Origin: Octopus sinensis
Taxonomy: Eukaryota
Reading direction: 5' to 3'
Length of the DNA stretch: 64,000 nt
Assembly (NCBI RefSeq): GCF_006345805.1
Contig: NW_021831985.1
Location: 248,001 to 312,000 of the forward strand
The notes under the pieces are model-generated. The model searched no databases. It was given only the letters and a program-made list of their open reading frames with translations, and was not told the origin of the DNA. Shown here piece by piece: positions 38,169 to 52,881 of this stretch. A program made the position numbers and the translations under genes. How positions within the stretch are numbered: the first letter of the stretch is position 1; each line of letters begins with the position of its first letter.

Positions 38169-38783
38169 TATCAAAAAAATAAAACTCATGTTGAGCACCC
38201 GCTTCTAAATTTTCCGTTTTAGCACATTTCTGATAATTATTTACACTTTTCCCTTTGATTTCTACTCGTGGTTGTAGTGTTTGTATAATGATTTCTGGTA
38301 GATTCGCTCGAAGATTTTACCGGCATCCTCTTGCTGCCAACAAAAAGACTGCGATTGCGCAGTGGATTTGAAAAAAATTAAAATGTACAAGCAATGAGTT
38401 ACATGCTGGATTGACCTCATTGTTTGTATATTTAATCTAAGGCGTCCCCATTGATGAAAACTTCGCCTCGGTAAATAATAATTTTTATTTACTAAAATAA
38501 GTCAGAAACCATGGTCTGGGAATTAAATTAGATGATAAATGTTTTTATTTTTCATTCCCTTCGAGAATTTATCCCTAATTAGTAGTTTGGACTTTAACTG
38601 TTCTTTCTAGCGTAATGGATTCCTATGGTGGAAACCTTTTAATGTATTTTAATGTTCACTGTATTTTATATGAATAATGTATAGTCTATTGATTAGTTTT
38701 TTTGTACGCTAGGCCACTGGTATTAAAAATTTCTATGATCTTTCTTACCCTGATATCATATATATATATATAATATATATATA

Positions 38784-38814
<31 letters not shown>

Positions 38815-38844
38815 ATATATTATATTACATTATATTATATTATA

Positions 38845-39250
38845 TTATATAAAATCCGTTCTCGCTGTCTCTGTGTGTGTGTGTCTTCTAGGATCTCTGG
38901 CATCCTCCATCCGATTGCGCTCAATTTGATATGTAGATACCGACGATATCAGGGTGTGTATATGTTTTGAAAAAATTACAAAATCGATTCCAGGTGAGAA
39001 TGCGATCGAAAAAGCCGTAGGCACGAGCATTTGTACGCGCAAGTACATCACCTGTTGCGATCGATACTACGCGTACGCGAGAAAAATGCACGTGCTGTTT
39101 GCGCAAAAAAAAAAACCGGCTGGCTTGAAATAATGCCACAAAATGCAGTATATTTAAGAGACCAAAAAAGTAAGAAGCCAACCTGTACATAACTGCACCT
39201 TCCATTTTTTGTTGTTTTTGTACTGCTTAAAGGCACGTTTCTTTCCTGCA
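38845..39250 (+). mobile_element. Possible Helitron-type 5' segment, CpG-rich
   Basis: (TA)n-ATAAAATCCGTT..ctgtgtgtg..ccgattgcgctcaatttg resembles the 5' layout of the other Helitrons; no CTAG end found. Confidence 0.35.
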
Positions 39251-39779
39251 AAGCTTACTGTTTAAATCATGTTTGTGTTCTCTCAGTCAACAGCCTTATC
39301 ATTACTGGTACTTTAAACTCTTCAGTTGCATATTTGTGTGAATAAAATCGTTTTTCGTTGGAATAGAAAAAAAGTCTATCTTCATTTCATCTTGTGCACC
39401 CAAACTTAGCAAAATTTATGTATTAAAAAGTAAAAGTTCAGAAAAGGATTTAAGAACCAAGTAAGAGAAGAAGGATAGATAAATGAACCTAAGCCAAAAA
39501 AAAAAGGGGGGGAGGGCTTTTATATAATATAGAAACCTCATAATGCTTCTTCCTAGTATAATGTTAAGGTGGTTATGTTAAAACTATTCAACAATGAACC
39601 TATAATTAAATTCAGATATCATCCGAGTGGGGATACGCATTTTCTATTGAATCAAAGCCAAAGATTAAGGGGTAAAAGAAATATGATGAATATTATTTCT
39701 ATATCGGGTAAACTTATTTAAAAAACATTGGAAAAAAATAATATATTATATAAAAATTATCAACATTATGAAAAAAATC

Positions 39780-40085
<306 letters not shown>

Positions 40086-40724
40086 AGTGCAATTATAAAA
40101 AATAAAAATAAATAAATATAAATGCCATATTGTATTATATTATACCATGTTTACTATAGAGAGAAGTTACAAACTCCTTCACAATCTATAGAAATTACAC
40201 AAGTATACATGAGGATATGCAAAATACAATAATATAATATAAGATACAAGAATAAATGAAATAAATTAAAAATGAATAAAAGGAAAAAATATTTGTATCA
40301 AATTTCAGTAAAGGATTTATAAAATGAAAAAAAACAGAAATAAAGGTAAAATTTTTACGTTGCGAATGCCATAAAATGTATTCCGGATATAAAAAGAGAT
40401 AGAAGATAAAAAATAAGGATAAGTCAAGGTATTCATAACGAAAGCTAATTAAAGAAATATATAAAATAAGATAAAGATATCATTGGAAATGGTTTTATAA
40501 AATAATTGTAAGATATATTATAACAGGCACAGATGAGAGTAAAATCATAACACTTCCTAGGGAGTATATAATATACTTAAGGGAGGCGTAAAATCTGGTA
40601 ATCCAATGTAAATACACATATTATGACTGATAGGGAAGAAAGTCTTAGAAACGATGGGGAAATAGTGTAATCTAAGTATAGTAGGAATGCAGATTAAACA
40701 GGTAGGGGTTATAAGAGGGCAATA

Positions 40725-41124
40725 CTCTCTTTTTTACTCTCTTTTACTTGTTTCAGTCATTTGACTGCGGCCATGCTGGAGCACCGCCTTTAGTCGAGCA
40801 AATCGACCCCGGGACTTATTCTTTGTAAGCCCAGTACTTATTCTAGCGGTCTCTTTTGCCGACCCGCTAATTAACGGGGACGTAAACACACCAGCATCGG
40901 TTGTCAAGCAATGCTAGGGGGACAAACACAGACACACAAACACACACACACACATACACACATATATATATATACATATATAAGATGGGCTTCTTTCAGT
41001 TTCCGTCTACCAAATCCACTCACAAGGCATTGGTCGGCCCGGGGCTATAGCGGGTTCAGTGGGACTGAACCCGCAACCATGTGGATGGTTAGCAAGCTAC
41101 TTACCACACAGCCATTCCTGCGCC
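40725..41124 (-). mobile_element. SINE family A with small internal deletion
   Basis: Homology to family A. Confidence 0.9.
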
Positions 41125-41299
41125 TATACTACGTATAATTCCATACAATAGAGGGTATGTTATGAAAGATATGACACTTCAGATAATTTCTGCCACCAAA
41201 TCAAAGTATGACATGTATACTATTATTTGTTTCTAAATTATTTAAAGGCACGTCGTGGTTTTGTAGGTGGTCGTGGTTTTGGAAGTGGTCGTGTTTTCT

Positions 41300-41600
41300 C
41301 GTAGTCCGAAACAGGCCGTACGATTCTGCAATTTCTCACTGAACAACTTCCGCAAATTACTTGGTTTTTAGTCGTCAAATGGCTATGCTATACATTAGCT
41401 CACTCCATTCATGAACTCGACGTTGTCTGAACAATGTGCAAGGTATACCACACACGCGTTAGGTGCTGAGGGGATCGCAGGGCAACCGTGAAGTGAAATG
41501 TTTTGGTCAAGAACAGAACGCACCACTCGGTCTAAGAATTGTAACCACCATGTCGTGATCGTGAGTGCAACACCCTAACCAGCAGTCAATGCATCCTCAA
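41300..41600 (-). mobile_element. Old SINE family F
   Basis: Homologous to 15700-15960; CORE-like gttcttgaccaaaacatttc on the minus strand. Confidence 0.6.
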
Positions 41601-41973
41601 ACATACATGCATAGATACGTACATACATACATGCGTATACACACATACACACTACACCTTACACCACCATATAACACAACACATCACATCACAACACACT
41701 ACCGCGCACACATCAGCACCGACTTCCCAGACCCACATTTTCACACCTACACATACACACACGCACACGTCAAGATCACCAGCCCTCTTCCACACGCACA
41801 TACAAACTCTCTTATAACACGCACGCGTACCTTCGTTTTGGGATCACCACCACTTTTTTTTATCTCCCCTTCTCTCTAGCTCTCTTGTGTGACCCTTCTG
41901 TCCGGCCTTCGCCATGTTAGATCTATAGCCACTACACATTCTTTATTTTCTCTCCTTGTTTCTTTCTGTGTTC

Positions 41974-42009
41974 CTTTCTGTGGAAGAGCGTAGGCTCGAA
42001 ACATTAAAG
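41974..42009 (+). ncRNA. Degenerate minimal hammerhead motif
   Basis: CTTT-CTGTGGA-aGAGC gtag GCTC-GAAAC-ATT-AAAG: stems I and II intact, core mutated; related remnant at ~1440-1475 (-). Confidence 0.45.
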
Positions 42010-42645
42010 ACTTTTTCACTTCCCGAGCGTTATACTAATACATCTGTTTGTTGTTTGTTGTCTACACCACCTGTCTTTGTCTTTTGCTTTTTGTGAATTC
42101 TCCCCCTATATATTCATATATATATATATTAATAAATAAAATAAAACATATGCATATATATAAACATATATGTACGTACCTACCTCTACATGTACATATA
42201 CACGCATATATGAGTACAGGACACCAAAAGGACGTCGAACACAATGAGAAACGAAAACATAGACACAAACCAAAGGAACTGGACATTTTTTTAAACAACA
42301 AAAAAATAGAGTACAGGACACTTAACACAAAGAAAAAACCCCTTCTTCAGTCGCTATGGTTTCATCTATTCTACGTTTCGAAGGATAAAAGCGAGACGTA
42401 TATTCGACAAGAAACTTTCCTTCCTGCGAAAAGCAAATCAATTAAAATTCTGAGATCTTTTCGCAGAGGGGTAAAAATGGTGACAAAAACAGGACAGTAA
42501 CGACAGTACAAATTATAAACAGTAAAAGACAGGACAAGGAAAAACAAGATAAGAAGGGCTGTTAACGCCGAACGAAAAAAGGTATTGCGTGTGTGTGTGT
42601 GCGCGTGTGTGTGTGTGTGCATACACACGCACATACATTCACACA

Positions 42646-42850
42646 CATAAGATAAAGAGATGGCACAGGAAAAACAACGGCTATGTTACGAACTTTATTA
42701 CCTTACAGCTGTTTCTGTTATAGGATAGAGGGGACTTAGGTATTCATGTACTATGAGTCCACTACATCCTATATAATAGAAATAGCTGTAAGCTAGCGAA
42801 GCTTCATAACATAACCATTGTTTTTCTTGTGTCATCCCTTTTTCTTATTA
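42646..42850. repeat. Foldback of two PLE-tail-like modules fused head to head (~95-bp arms, ~19-nt loop)
   Basis: cttacagctgtttc on the left arm, gaaatagctgtaag on the right; arms pair along their length. Confidence 0.8.
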
Positions 42851-43275
42851 CCGCTATATATATTCGTCTCGCATTTTGTTCTCAAATATATGTATATTGA
42901 ATTCTATACCAGGTGATTAGTCTCGCAAGCTTAAGCAACACACACACACATACATAATACATACATACATACATACATACATACATACATACATACATAC
43001 ATACATACATACAAACATACATATACACACACACATATGTATGTATAAATGCTTTTAATACCTTATGAATAAATATAAACAATAGCTTTAAAGTAAGGTT
43101 CGAACACTTCTGAGAATGAATTAGGTAATTCACAGGATTATTTATGCAAAATAATTCATAAGGATTAACAAAGAATAGACGAATGTCAGCAATGGTATTC
43201 AAATTCTTTTTTAGTTAAACATTACAAAACCATAAACCTTGAAAAATATTCTAGTCACATCTTTACTCCAATGCA

Positions 43276-43316
<41 letters not shown>

Positions 43317-44151
43317 TATATATATTATATATATATGTATGTATGTATTTATATATGTATGTATGTATGTATGTATTATGTATGTATGTATGTATGTATG
43401 TATGTATGTATTCATTAAAAGCCATAAAAAAGTCGGATGATATTGCAAGTGTAGATATATTTAACCACTTGACATCCTTAGTATTACGACCTTTTCAGAG
43501 CCTTCTTCATGTAATAATAATTTCAGTGTATAATAATATCTACATGTCTGCATTATTATGCATGCTACGCTTTATACAAAACAAATCAATGCAAATAAAG
43601 AAAGCTAGCTCATCAGATCGCCAGAACATCAACGATTCAATACATACAGATTTTTCTCTTTATATTTTCAATGTATGGAAGACCGAGACTAGGTAAAATT
43701 AGCTTCGTTTCATCAGTAGAAATAAAGATATGTTGTTTCATAGTTTCATATCAATCAAAGTGCTGCAACTATGTTCAGGGAATTCCCCAGCCTTAATGCT
43801 GTTTCTTATTCATTTACTTAATTCATCCCGATTAAAATGCTCCAATCAATAAATTCAAAACAAAAAAATATTAGCTTTAATTCAGCTAATTATAATTCAG
43901 GGAAAATAACTCAAGGAAAAACGCAGGGAATATCGAAGGTCTCTGCGCGAAATTCCAGAAGAACGTAAGAAAAAAGGAGGAGAAGGGAAAGGAAAAGACA
44001 ACAATAGATAGAAAAAGAGCAATAATCCCAGGGACAGCAATCATAAATTATATAAAATTGAATGCAAACAGAATAGGACAAATCTAATACCGAAAGCAGC
44101 AACACATTAAGGGGAGATGGTATAGGGAAAACAAATAAACGAGTATAGATA

Positions 44152-44534
44152 GAAGCACTCCGCCGGTTACGACGACGAGGGTTCCGGTTGATCCGAATCA
44201 ACGGAACAGCCTGCTCGTGAAATTAACGTGTAAGTGGCTGAGCACTCCACATACACGTGCACCCTTAACGTAGTTCTCGAGGATATTCAGCGTGACACAG
44301 AGAGTGACAAGGCCGGCCCTTTGAAATACAGGTACAACAGAAACAGGAAGTAAGAGTGAGAGAAAGTTGTGGTGAAAGAGTACAGCAGGGATCACCACCA
44401 TCCCCTGCCGGAGCCTCGTGGAGCTTTAGGTGTTTTCGCTCAATAAACACTCACAACGCCCGGTCTGGGAATCGAAACCGCGATCCTATGACCGCGAGTC
44501 CGCTGCCCTAACCACTGGGCCATTGCGCCTCCAC
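44152..44534 (-). mobile_element. SINE family D, full length
   Basis: Minus strand ggaggcgcaaTGGCCCAGTGGTTAGGGCAGCGGACTCGCGGTCATAGGATCGCGGTTTCGATTCCC tRNA-like head. Confidence 0.9.
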
Positions 44535-44766
44535 AAACAAGTATAATAGACTAATGAAAGTTGCTTAGGCAACAAGCAATTTCAACATAAAGATATGGTT
44601 CTAAAACTTTATAGATTTATGCTGGACAGTGAAATTTAGAGAGATCAGTTACATAGCTGCAAAGAAGTAATAATATAGTAGGCGAAACAGAAGCGATATT
44701 CCCCATATATAAAAAAAAAAGAACCGGAAAAACCACTCACCTCAAAGTTTCACTTAACCAATATTA

Positions 44767-45276
44767 TCTATATATATAAAACTGTAGTTGTGTGAGTGTC
44801 TGTCCCCTTCGATTTAGATTCCTAACTACTCCCACATTTTGCGGTGCAGTTTAACCAAATTCGGATATCTTATAGTCGTGATTCATATCGAGCCCGTCTG
44901 AGTATTAGCGCGCGTCTACGATGAGTCTACGATTTTAAAAATAATTTAACATAATTTTTTATTCCATTTTAATGCATAATTTTTCGTGTGTCGATGGCGG
45001 CGGAGTTGGCGTCCATGGTCACACCTGCACCTGTTTGCTTCTCCCCCTTCTTCCCTACCTCGTGAAGCTGTGGGGAAGGGAGTGTAAGGAAATCAACGTC
45101 GTAAAGCGTTGTCAAGGAGACCAGCGTTCTTTTAGAACGACTTCATGGCTTGAAGACACCAAAACAGAAATGGCTAAGAAAGCCCGAATTGGCATCTATA
45201 AGGGAAGTAACTCTCTACAAATGCTTATATAGTTATTTCCCTTACAAACCCGAGCAACGCCGGGCGATACTGCTAG
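44767..45276 (+). mobile_element. Non-autonomous Helitron, family A, with ~210-bp extra segment (44985-45196)
   Basis: A|TC...CTAG|T termini; the segment is absent from copies at 17133 and 51581. Confidence 0.9.
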
Positions 45277-45299
45277 TTGAGAATAAAGCAATTCAATTA

Positions 45300-46289
45300 A
45301 AATCATGTCGGTTCAGTAGCTATGTTAGATCACTACTATAAATTTTAAAATTATAGGAAGTATTAAGGAAATGTTAAAAAGAATTTATAAGAATTATAAA
45401 GAATTATAAATGCCCAAACTATGGAAGATGAAGTAAATATTATAAAACTACCGCCTAGGGCCAGTAGCAAATTGAATAAAGTTATCAAGTTATAAATTAT
45501 ATAAAATTACAGCCATCGGTATATGTCGTTAGAACTAAAGTTGATAAAGTAGTTTAAATTTGATCAGTTATATAACCTTAATATAATTCACGAATCTTAT
45601 TAGTAATTAAGTTCTATATCGTAGGGTTATAGTTACGAATCTAACACTCGGGAAAGGCTTTAAAGAATCAGTTTTAAGTAGAAGTTTCTATGGATAGAAT
45701 GCGGTCAGTTGATTCTTAATTCATCAGATCTATTCATAACACCACTTGTGCATTTTAAGATTTTCAAGAATTTTTAACATCAGAAATTGTAACTTTATTT
45801 ATCACCAACATAAGGCTTAGCATATCAAGCGATGCTCCACGTCAGATGAAAATCGACACTTTTGTCATCTAACTCCCAATATCTCCGCGGAGAGCGGTTT
45901 GTTTTCGCTTTCTCTTGCCTTCTAAATGTATGAAAATGATTAAATATCTTGTTTTAAAAATACAAGAAGTGGAACCAACACAAGTGAAAGTATTTAGGTT
46001 AGTTTTAACATAACATATATGCACAACGTTTTTGGTCAGGCATTTATTTCCTAGTGGGCATTCAAATTTCTCCTTAAAGTTACATAATCTTATTAACGTG
46101 GGGATGGGAATTATGCGGTACAAAGCCATAATCGGTAGAATTGCTATGTGTATTAGTCACCCCATTATCATTTACATTATCATAATTCATTCTAAAGTTA
46201 TTATAAACAACACTTTGTACCCCAAGTCTTCCAGAAGGATTATACTGGTTATAATTGTTTCTAAGTCTATTCACTCCATTACATTTAGT

Positions 46290-46290
<1 letters not shown>
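45300..46290 (-). mobile_element. Penelope-like element 3' fragment: GIY-YIG plus UTR
   Basis: CNFKEKFECPLGNKCLTKNVVHICYV..CVGSTSCIFKTRY; left boundary uncertain. Confidence 0.8.
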
Positions 46291-47173
<883 letters not shown>

Positions 47174-47960
47174 AAGAATTGTTACACATATGATGGTTAT
47201 TCTTTATAGTAACACCATATTTGATATAATATAAACGCAATTGCGTTATAGCAAAAACTACAACTGTAGTTGTAGTAATGGTAACGATAACGTATATCTA
47301 AACACGTTGAAAATTTCATTAGTTTGGTATACACACCTAGTTGTTTATACCACTGCCGTTATTCTTTGACCACTTTCGCAATTAGATTCGTTCTCTTCAG
47401 TTTCTATCCAAATTTATGTCGTTTACGATTGCTGGCACCGCAATTGTGGCTATCTCTCTATACTTATTATTGTCTTTTCCTTCTCTTTCCTTTTCTTGTT
47501 TTCTCTCCCGCTCTTCTGAAATTTCGAAGATACTTTCGTTGTTAACCTGCGTTTTTCCCAAGCATATTTTCCCTGAATTACAATTAGTTGAATTAAAGCT
47601 GTTAGTTTATTTGTTCTGCAATAATTAATCGGAGTACTTCAATGAACAAATAACGCTGGCATTTATTAACCATGTCAATCCTTCACGTTCAAAGCAATAT
47701 AGCACAGTAAATGGGGTTTTGTTTTTAGAACATCGATAATTGTCTTCAAATATGTTTTGATTCTGTTTCTATTCAAGTTTTCATAGTTCATAATTGTTGC
47801 CGCTGTGATTACGACTATCCAATATCATAGCATCCCGTGCTATGATTTTGGCTTATTTAAATGTCTAATTTATATCAGTCATTTTAGCCATTAATTTTAG
47901 TGTGCTTCACTTTGATATACTTCTATCATTTATGAAACTCTTAAATCAAATCTCTCGCTT

Positions 47961-48011
<51 letters not shown>

Positions 48012-48029
48012 ATATATATATATATATAT

Positions 48030-48430
48030 ACTCTTTACTCTTTTACTTGTTTCAGTCATTTGACTGCGGCCATGCTGCAGCACCGCCTTTAGTCGAGCAA
48101 ATCGACCCCGGGACTTATTCTTTGTAAGCCCAGTACTTATTCTATTGGTCTCTTTTTGCCGAACCGCTAAGTAACGGGGACGTAAACACACCAGCATCGG
48201 TTGTCAAGCAATGCTAGGAGGACAAACACAGGCACACAAACACACACACACACATATATATATACACATCTACGACAGGCTTCTTTCAGTTTCCGTCTAC
48301 CAAATCCACTCACAAGGCATTAGTCGGCCCGGGGCTATAGCAGAAGACACTTGCCCAAGATGCTACGCAGTGAGACTGAACCCGGAACCATGTGGTTGGT
48401 TAGCAAGCTACTTACCACACAGCCACTCCA
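48030..48430 (-). mobile_element. SINE family A
   Basis: Homology to family A. Confidence 0.9.
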
Positions 48431-48746
48431 TATATATATTATAATTACGAGTATAATTATAATTAGGGTTCAGCAAAAAAATTTGCTTCACCACATTCCG
48501 AACTTTTGAAATAGCAGCCAAAGAACTTAGCTATTTCTTCTACTATAAGAAGAAACTCCCGGACAACATATACTAAAAACAATTCACGTAGGGAGAAAGA
48601 AAAAAAAAAACGAAATTCACTCGGCATTTGATTACTTGTGGACGCGTTTGAGAATTAGATCGATATGAAAAATTAATTAATTAATTTTTCCCTTTATTAT
48701 TATTATTATATTATTATTATATATATATATATATATATAATATATA

Positions 48747-48789
<43 letters not shown>

Positions 48790-48942
48790 ATGTATGATTG
48801 AAATTTATAGAAAGCAAAAGGCGAAACAGTTGTATGAGCAACAAGCAAGTGTATTAGTTTGACGCTCGGAAAAATGAAAAAGTCTTACGTATATGTATAT
48901 ATATCTGTAAAATTTAATATGTGTCAATTATACGGTAGCCAT

Positions 48943-49003
48943 GATAAAACTCCGAGTTTCGGATGTCGAGGCAGAAACCCACGCCGCCATCTCTTCAGTT
49001 ATC
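48943..49003 (-). ncRNA. Type I hammerhead ribozyme motif
   Basis: GATAA-CTGAAGA-GATG..GGCG..TGCC..CATCc-GAAAC-TCGGA-GTT-TTATC: 5-bp stem I, intact core, near-palindromic stem III AACTC/GAGTT, GUU triplet; one extra C at the stem II base. Confidence 0.7.
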
Positions 49004-49306
49004 CAGCCATCGAAATAATGCATTATTTCGATGGCCGGATTGTCACATATTAATTTTACAGATGTATATATATATGTTTCGGAGAAAGCATTAAGATTAT
49101 TCCGGAGGGAATAAAAGCGATGTAAAACAATGCATTCATCCCGTCAGGGAAGTGCGCTCTGTAACGAAGAGCTTTTTTCATCCTTTTCTCGAAGAATATA
49201 TAATGTGATATTATGTATATATATATATTGTGTATATGTGTGTGTGTTGTTGTTGTTGTTGTTGTTGTTGTTGTCATAAGACTTTTATAAGTCTTATATA
49301 TACATA

Positions 49307-49860
49307 AAAGTTCGTGCCGATTTATAGTAGCTTATCTTTTGACTTATTTTAGAACATGGTTGAGTCCATAAAATAGGATTTGACTACACCTCCATTTAGA
49401 GCACAGTTTAAGCTATCTTTTCGTGGAAGAAAGTTTATGTTACTATAACCTGTGTTAATTCTGTAACCCTTTAAAATGGAAGATAAGAAAGTTCATTTTC
49501 GGCACTTGATGCTTTGGGAACCAGACAAAAATTGCTGTAGCTCGGCTGGGATGTGTTACCCCACCCTCTACATTCACCAGATATTGCTCCTTCGGATTTC
49601 CACTTATTCAGGTCTCTGCAGAATAGTCTTAATGGTAAAAATTTCAATTCCTTGAATGACGTAAAAAGATACCTTGATGAATTCTTTGCCATGAAACCAC
49701 CTCAATTCTGGGAAGGGGTATTTTCAAGTTAAAGGAAAGATGGAGACGCATTGTGCAACAAAATGGTTCATATTTGGTTGATTAAAAATGTAATGGCAAG
49801 TATTATTTGACCTTTTTCTTTCCTTTAAAAATCGGCACGAACTTCTCAGACAACCCAATA
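49307..49860 (+). mobile_element. Internally deleted mariner element
   Basis: TIRs aaagttcgtgccgattt / aaatcggcacgaacttctcagacaacccaata; LGWDVLPHPLHSPDIAPSDFHLFRSLQNSLNGKNF..KERWRRIVQQNGSYLVD*. Confidence 0.9.
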
Positions 49861-49905
49861 ATTTCCCATCATAGCTGGTAAACCGAGTTTAGTTTTATTT
49901 TGAAA

Positions 49906-50294
49906 CTAGCAATATCACCCGGCGTTGCTCGGGTTTGTTTCGACCCTTTAGAATTGGAATTTTTGAAAAGAAAAAGTTTTGCATTATGTAGCTTGTTATT
50001 CTCTTTAAGTGAACATTTTTTTGGTTGAAATACACCGAAAAATGGCGACACAGCAGTCAAAAAATCGTAAAAAAATAGGGATTTTCATAGAAAAAAAGCA
50101 CCTTTTTAATGTAAATAAGTTTTGGTGTTAACATGGTTCGATTTCAATTTTTTCTTCTACGGAAGGAAGAGCAAGCCTTCTTCTGTCATACTCTCAATTT
50201 CGCTCAACTTGCGTCGCAGGGTCTCGGAGGAAATAGTGTTAGTTGAAGGCTACCAAACCTGCTATACACAGACAACTTCAGCTTTATATATATA
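49906..50294 (-). mobile_element. Non-autonomous Helitron, family B
   Basis: Homologous to 2446-2810; its 5' end abuts the CTAG of the next Helitron. Confidence 0.85.
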
Positions 50295-50570
50295 CTAGCA
50301 GTATCGCCCGGCGTTGCTCGGATTGTAAAGGAAATAACTATATAAGCATTTTTAGAGAGTTATAGCCAAAAAATAGCAAAAAAATGCATTAAAAATTGAA
50401 AAAAAATTAAGGTAAATTTTTTTTAAATCGTTGACACATCGTAGATATTTTTAGAGAGTTACTTCCCTTATATAAAAGCGAAAAAATGCATTAAAATGGA
50501 AAAATATGATGGTAATTTTTTTTAAATCGTAGACTCATCGTAGACGCGCGCTAATACCCAGAAGGGCTCG
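50295..50570 (-). mobile_element. Helitron family A, 3' part only
   Basis: Homology stops abruptly after gaagggctcg. Confidence 0.85.
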
Positions 50571-50825
50571 TTTGTTATTCTGGTAACTTTCTGTAAAATT
50601 ATTAAAATTTTGTTCAAACATCGCTATAGAAAATGGGTTATTAGCTAATATTCAATTGGGTATACAACAAAATTTTACGATAGAATTTGTTATTCTGGGT
50701 AACTTTCTGTAAAATTATTAAAATTTTGTTCAAACATCGCTATAGAAAATGGGTTATTAGCTAATATTCAATTGGGTATACAACAAAATTTTACAATAGA
50801 ATTTGTTATTCTGGGTAACTTTCTG
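50571..50825. repeat. ~115-bp tandem repeat, 2.2 units
   Basis: Units start at 50571, 50686 and 50802 (tttgttattctgg...atagaa). Confidence 0.9.
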
Positions 50826-51580
50826 ATACCCATAATAATATTTATGACAAAATAGGCCTTAATTTCATTTAAGGTTGTGGGAAATAACAAACTATCCTTT
50901 CTTTCGGTTTGTTTACGTTTAGCGTAATGATTTCAAATAGGCTCATTCGAAAAAGTAAATAGAAATAGTCTAAGGCTTTACTCTTCTGGGAAAGTGTGTG
51001 GCTTGGTCCAGTTTCTTCAGAAAACTCACCGAAAGAAACAGTTTTTAAATTTTCACTCCATTCAGGTACCAATTCATTTTCTTAATCGCTGTCGGATTCA
51101 CTGTTTTCACTTTAATAGCTGCAAACTTGCAAAGACAAAGCAGGAGAAGGGTGATAGCGTCAGTGAAACAATTCGCTCCCTTTGTGTGTGTGTGCGTTTG
51201 CGTGTGGTGTAAACCACATTAAGAAAAACATTTGACATACACACCAGAATGTGAGTTTTCTGTAAATTTTGCTTAATTGGAGTTTAAATTTTAAAAACTG
51301 GACCTGGCATGACGCGATGCATTGTACTCTTAAAAATGCTAGGTAAATTGTAATTGAAGAAATCCTATATTGTAGATTTGTATAACTCCCAAAGGGAGGC
51401 AGATAAAATCTGCCTTTTATAATAAGAGATAGAAGATATCCACTGTTTTTTGAAATACGAAATGAAAGTTTGAAGAAAACGCTTATCCTTGTGTTCTGTT
51501 TTAATATTTTGAGAACGACACGTGCAAAAACAGCTGCTTGAATCTCACACTTTTGATTTAATTTCTGGTTCACGCGGTAA

Positions 51581-51982
51581 TCTATATATATAAAACTGTA
51601 GTTGTGTGAGTGTCTGTCTCCTTCGATTTAGATTCCTAACTACTCCCACATTTTGCGGTGCAGTTTAACCAAAAGCGGGTATCTTATAGTCGTGATTCAT
51701 ATCGAGCCCTTCTGGGTATTAGCGCGCGTCTACGATGAGTCTACGATTTAAAAAAAAATTACCATCATTTTTTTCCATTTTAATGCATTTTTTTTGCTAT
51801 TATATAAGGGACGTAACTCTCTAAAAATGTCTACGATGAGTCAACGATTTTAAAAAAAAATTACCATAATTTTTTTTCCATTTTTAATGCATTTTTTTGC
51901 TACTTTTTGGCTATAACTCTCAAAAAATGCTTATATAGTTATTTCCCTTACAAACCCGAGCAACGCCGGGCGATACTGCTAG
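51581..51982 (+). mobile_element. Non-autonomous Helitron, family A
   Basis: A|TCTATATATATAAAACTG...CCCGAGCAACGCCGGGCGATACTGCTAG|T. Confidence 0.92.
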
Positions 51983-52077
51983 TACTATTATAAACGTCTT
52001 AAACGCCACACAAGCGAAGGCATGAAATTGCGTTGCTGTTTAAGCTATGTTGCGAAACAGTAAATTTTTAAGTAATA

Positions 52078-52289
52078 CTCTCTTTACTCTTTTACTTGTT
52101 TCAGTCATTTGACTGCGGCCATGCTGGAGCACCGCCTTTAGTCGAGCAAATCGACCCCGGGACTTATTCTTTGTAAACCCAGTACTTATTCTATCGGTCG
52201 CTATTGCCGAACCGCTAAGTGACGGGGACGTAAACACACCAGCATCGGTTGTCAAGCAATGCTAGGGGGACAAACACAGACATACAAAC

Positions 52290-52326
<37 letters not shown>

Positions 52327-52488
52327 CGTATATACGACAGGCTTCTTTCAGTTTCCGTCTACCAAATCCACTCACAAGGCATTGGTAGGCCCGGAGCTAT
52401 AGCAGAAGACACTTGCCATGCAGTGGGACTGAACCCGGAACCATGTGGTTGGTAAGCAAGCTACTTACCACACAGCCACTCCTGCGCC
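52078..52488 (-). mobile_element. SINE family A
   Basis: Homology to family A. Confidence 0.9.
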
Positions 52489-52788
52489 TACTTTTAATAC
52501 TTTTTATTTTATTTCTTTTTTTTTTAAAAACCTGTGCATGTGGGTATTCATTTTCTATGCGTTCGAAGCAGCTGTTTTTGTACGTGTCGTTCACAATGGT
52601 TTTTAAACGAAACAACATAAGGATAAGCATTTTCTTCAAATATTCATTTTATATTTAAAAAATATCCAGACAGTGGATATTTCAAAAGAAAAGTAGACTC
52701 GGTTTATCACTTATAATATATCCAAGAATACTCTGCATTTGTACTGAGTCCTGTAATTCATCACTTCTAGAGAATCAACAGAATTTTA

Positions 52789-52789
<1 letters not shown>

Positions 52790-52881
<92 letters not shown>

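Noticed and set aside
42340-42420. GAAACGTA and CTGAAGA motifs on the minus strand as another hammerhead
   Set aside because: Order and pairing do not give an intact core; at best a decayed remnant.
49075-49165. CTGACGG...GAAAC on the minus strand as a hammerhead
   Set aside because: A9 is changed and no stem I or stem III closure was found.
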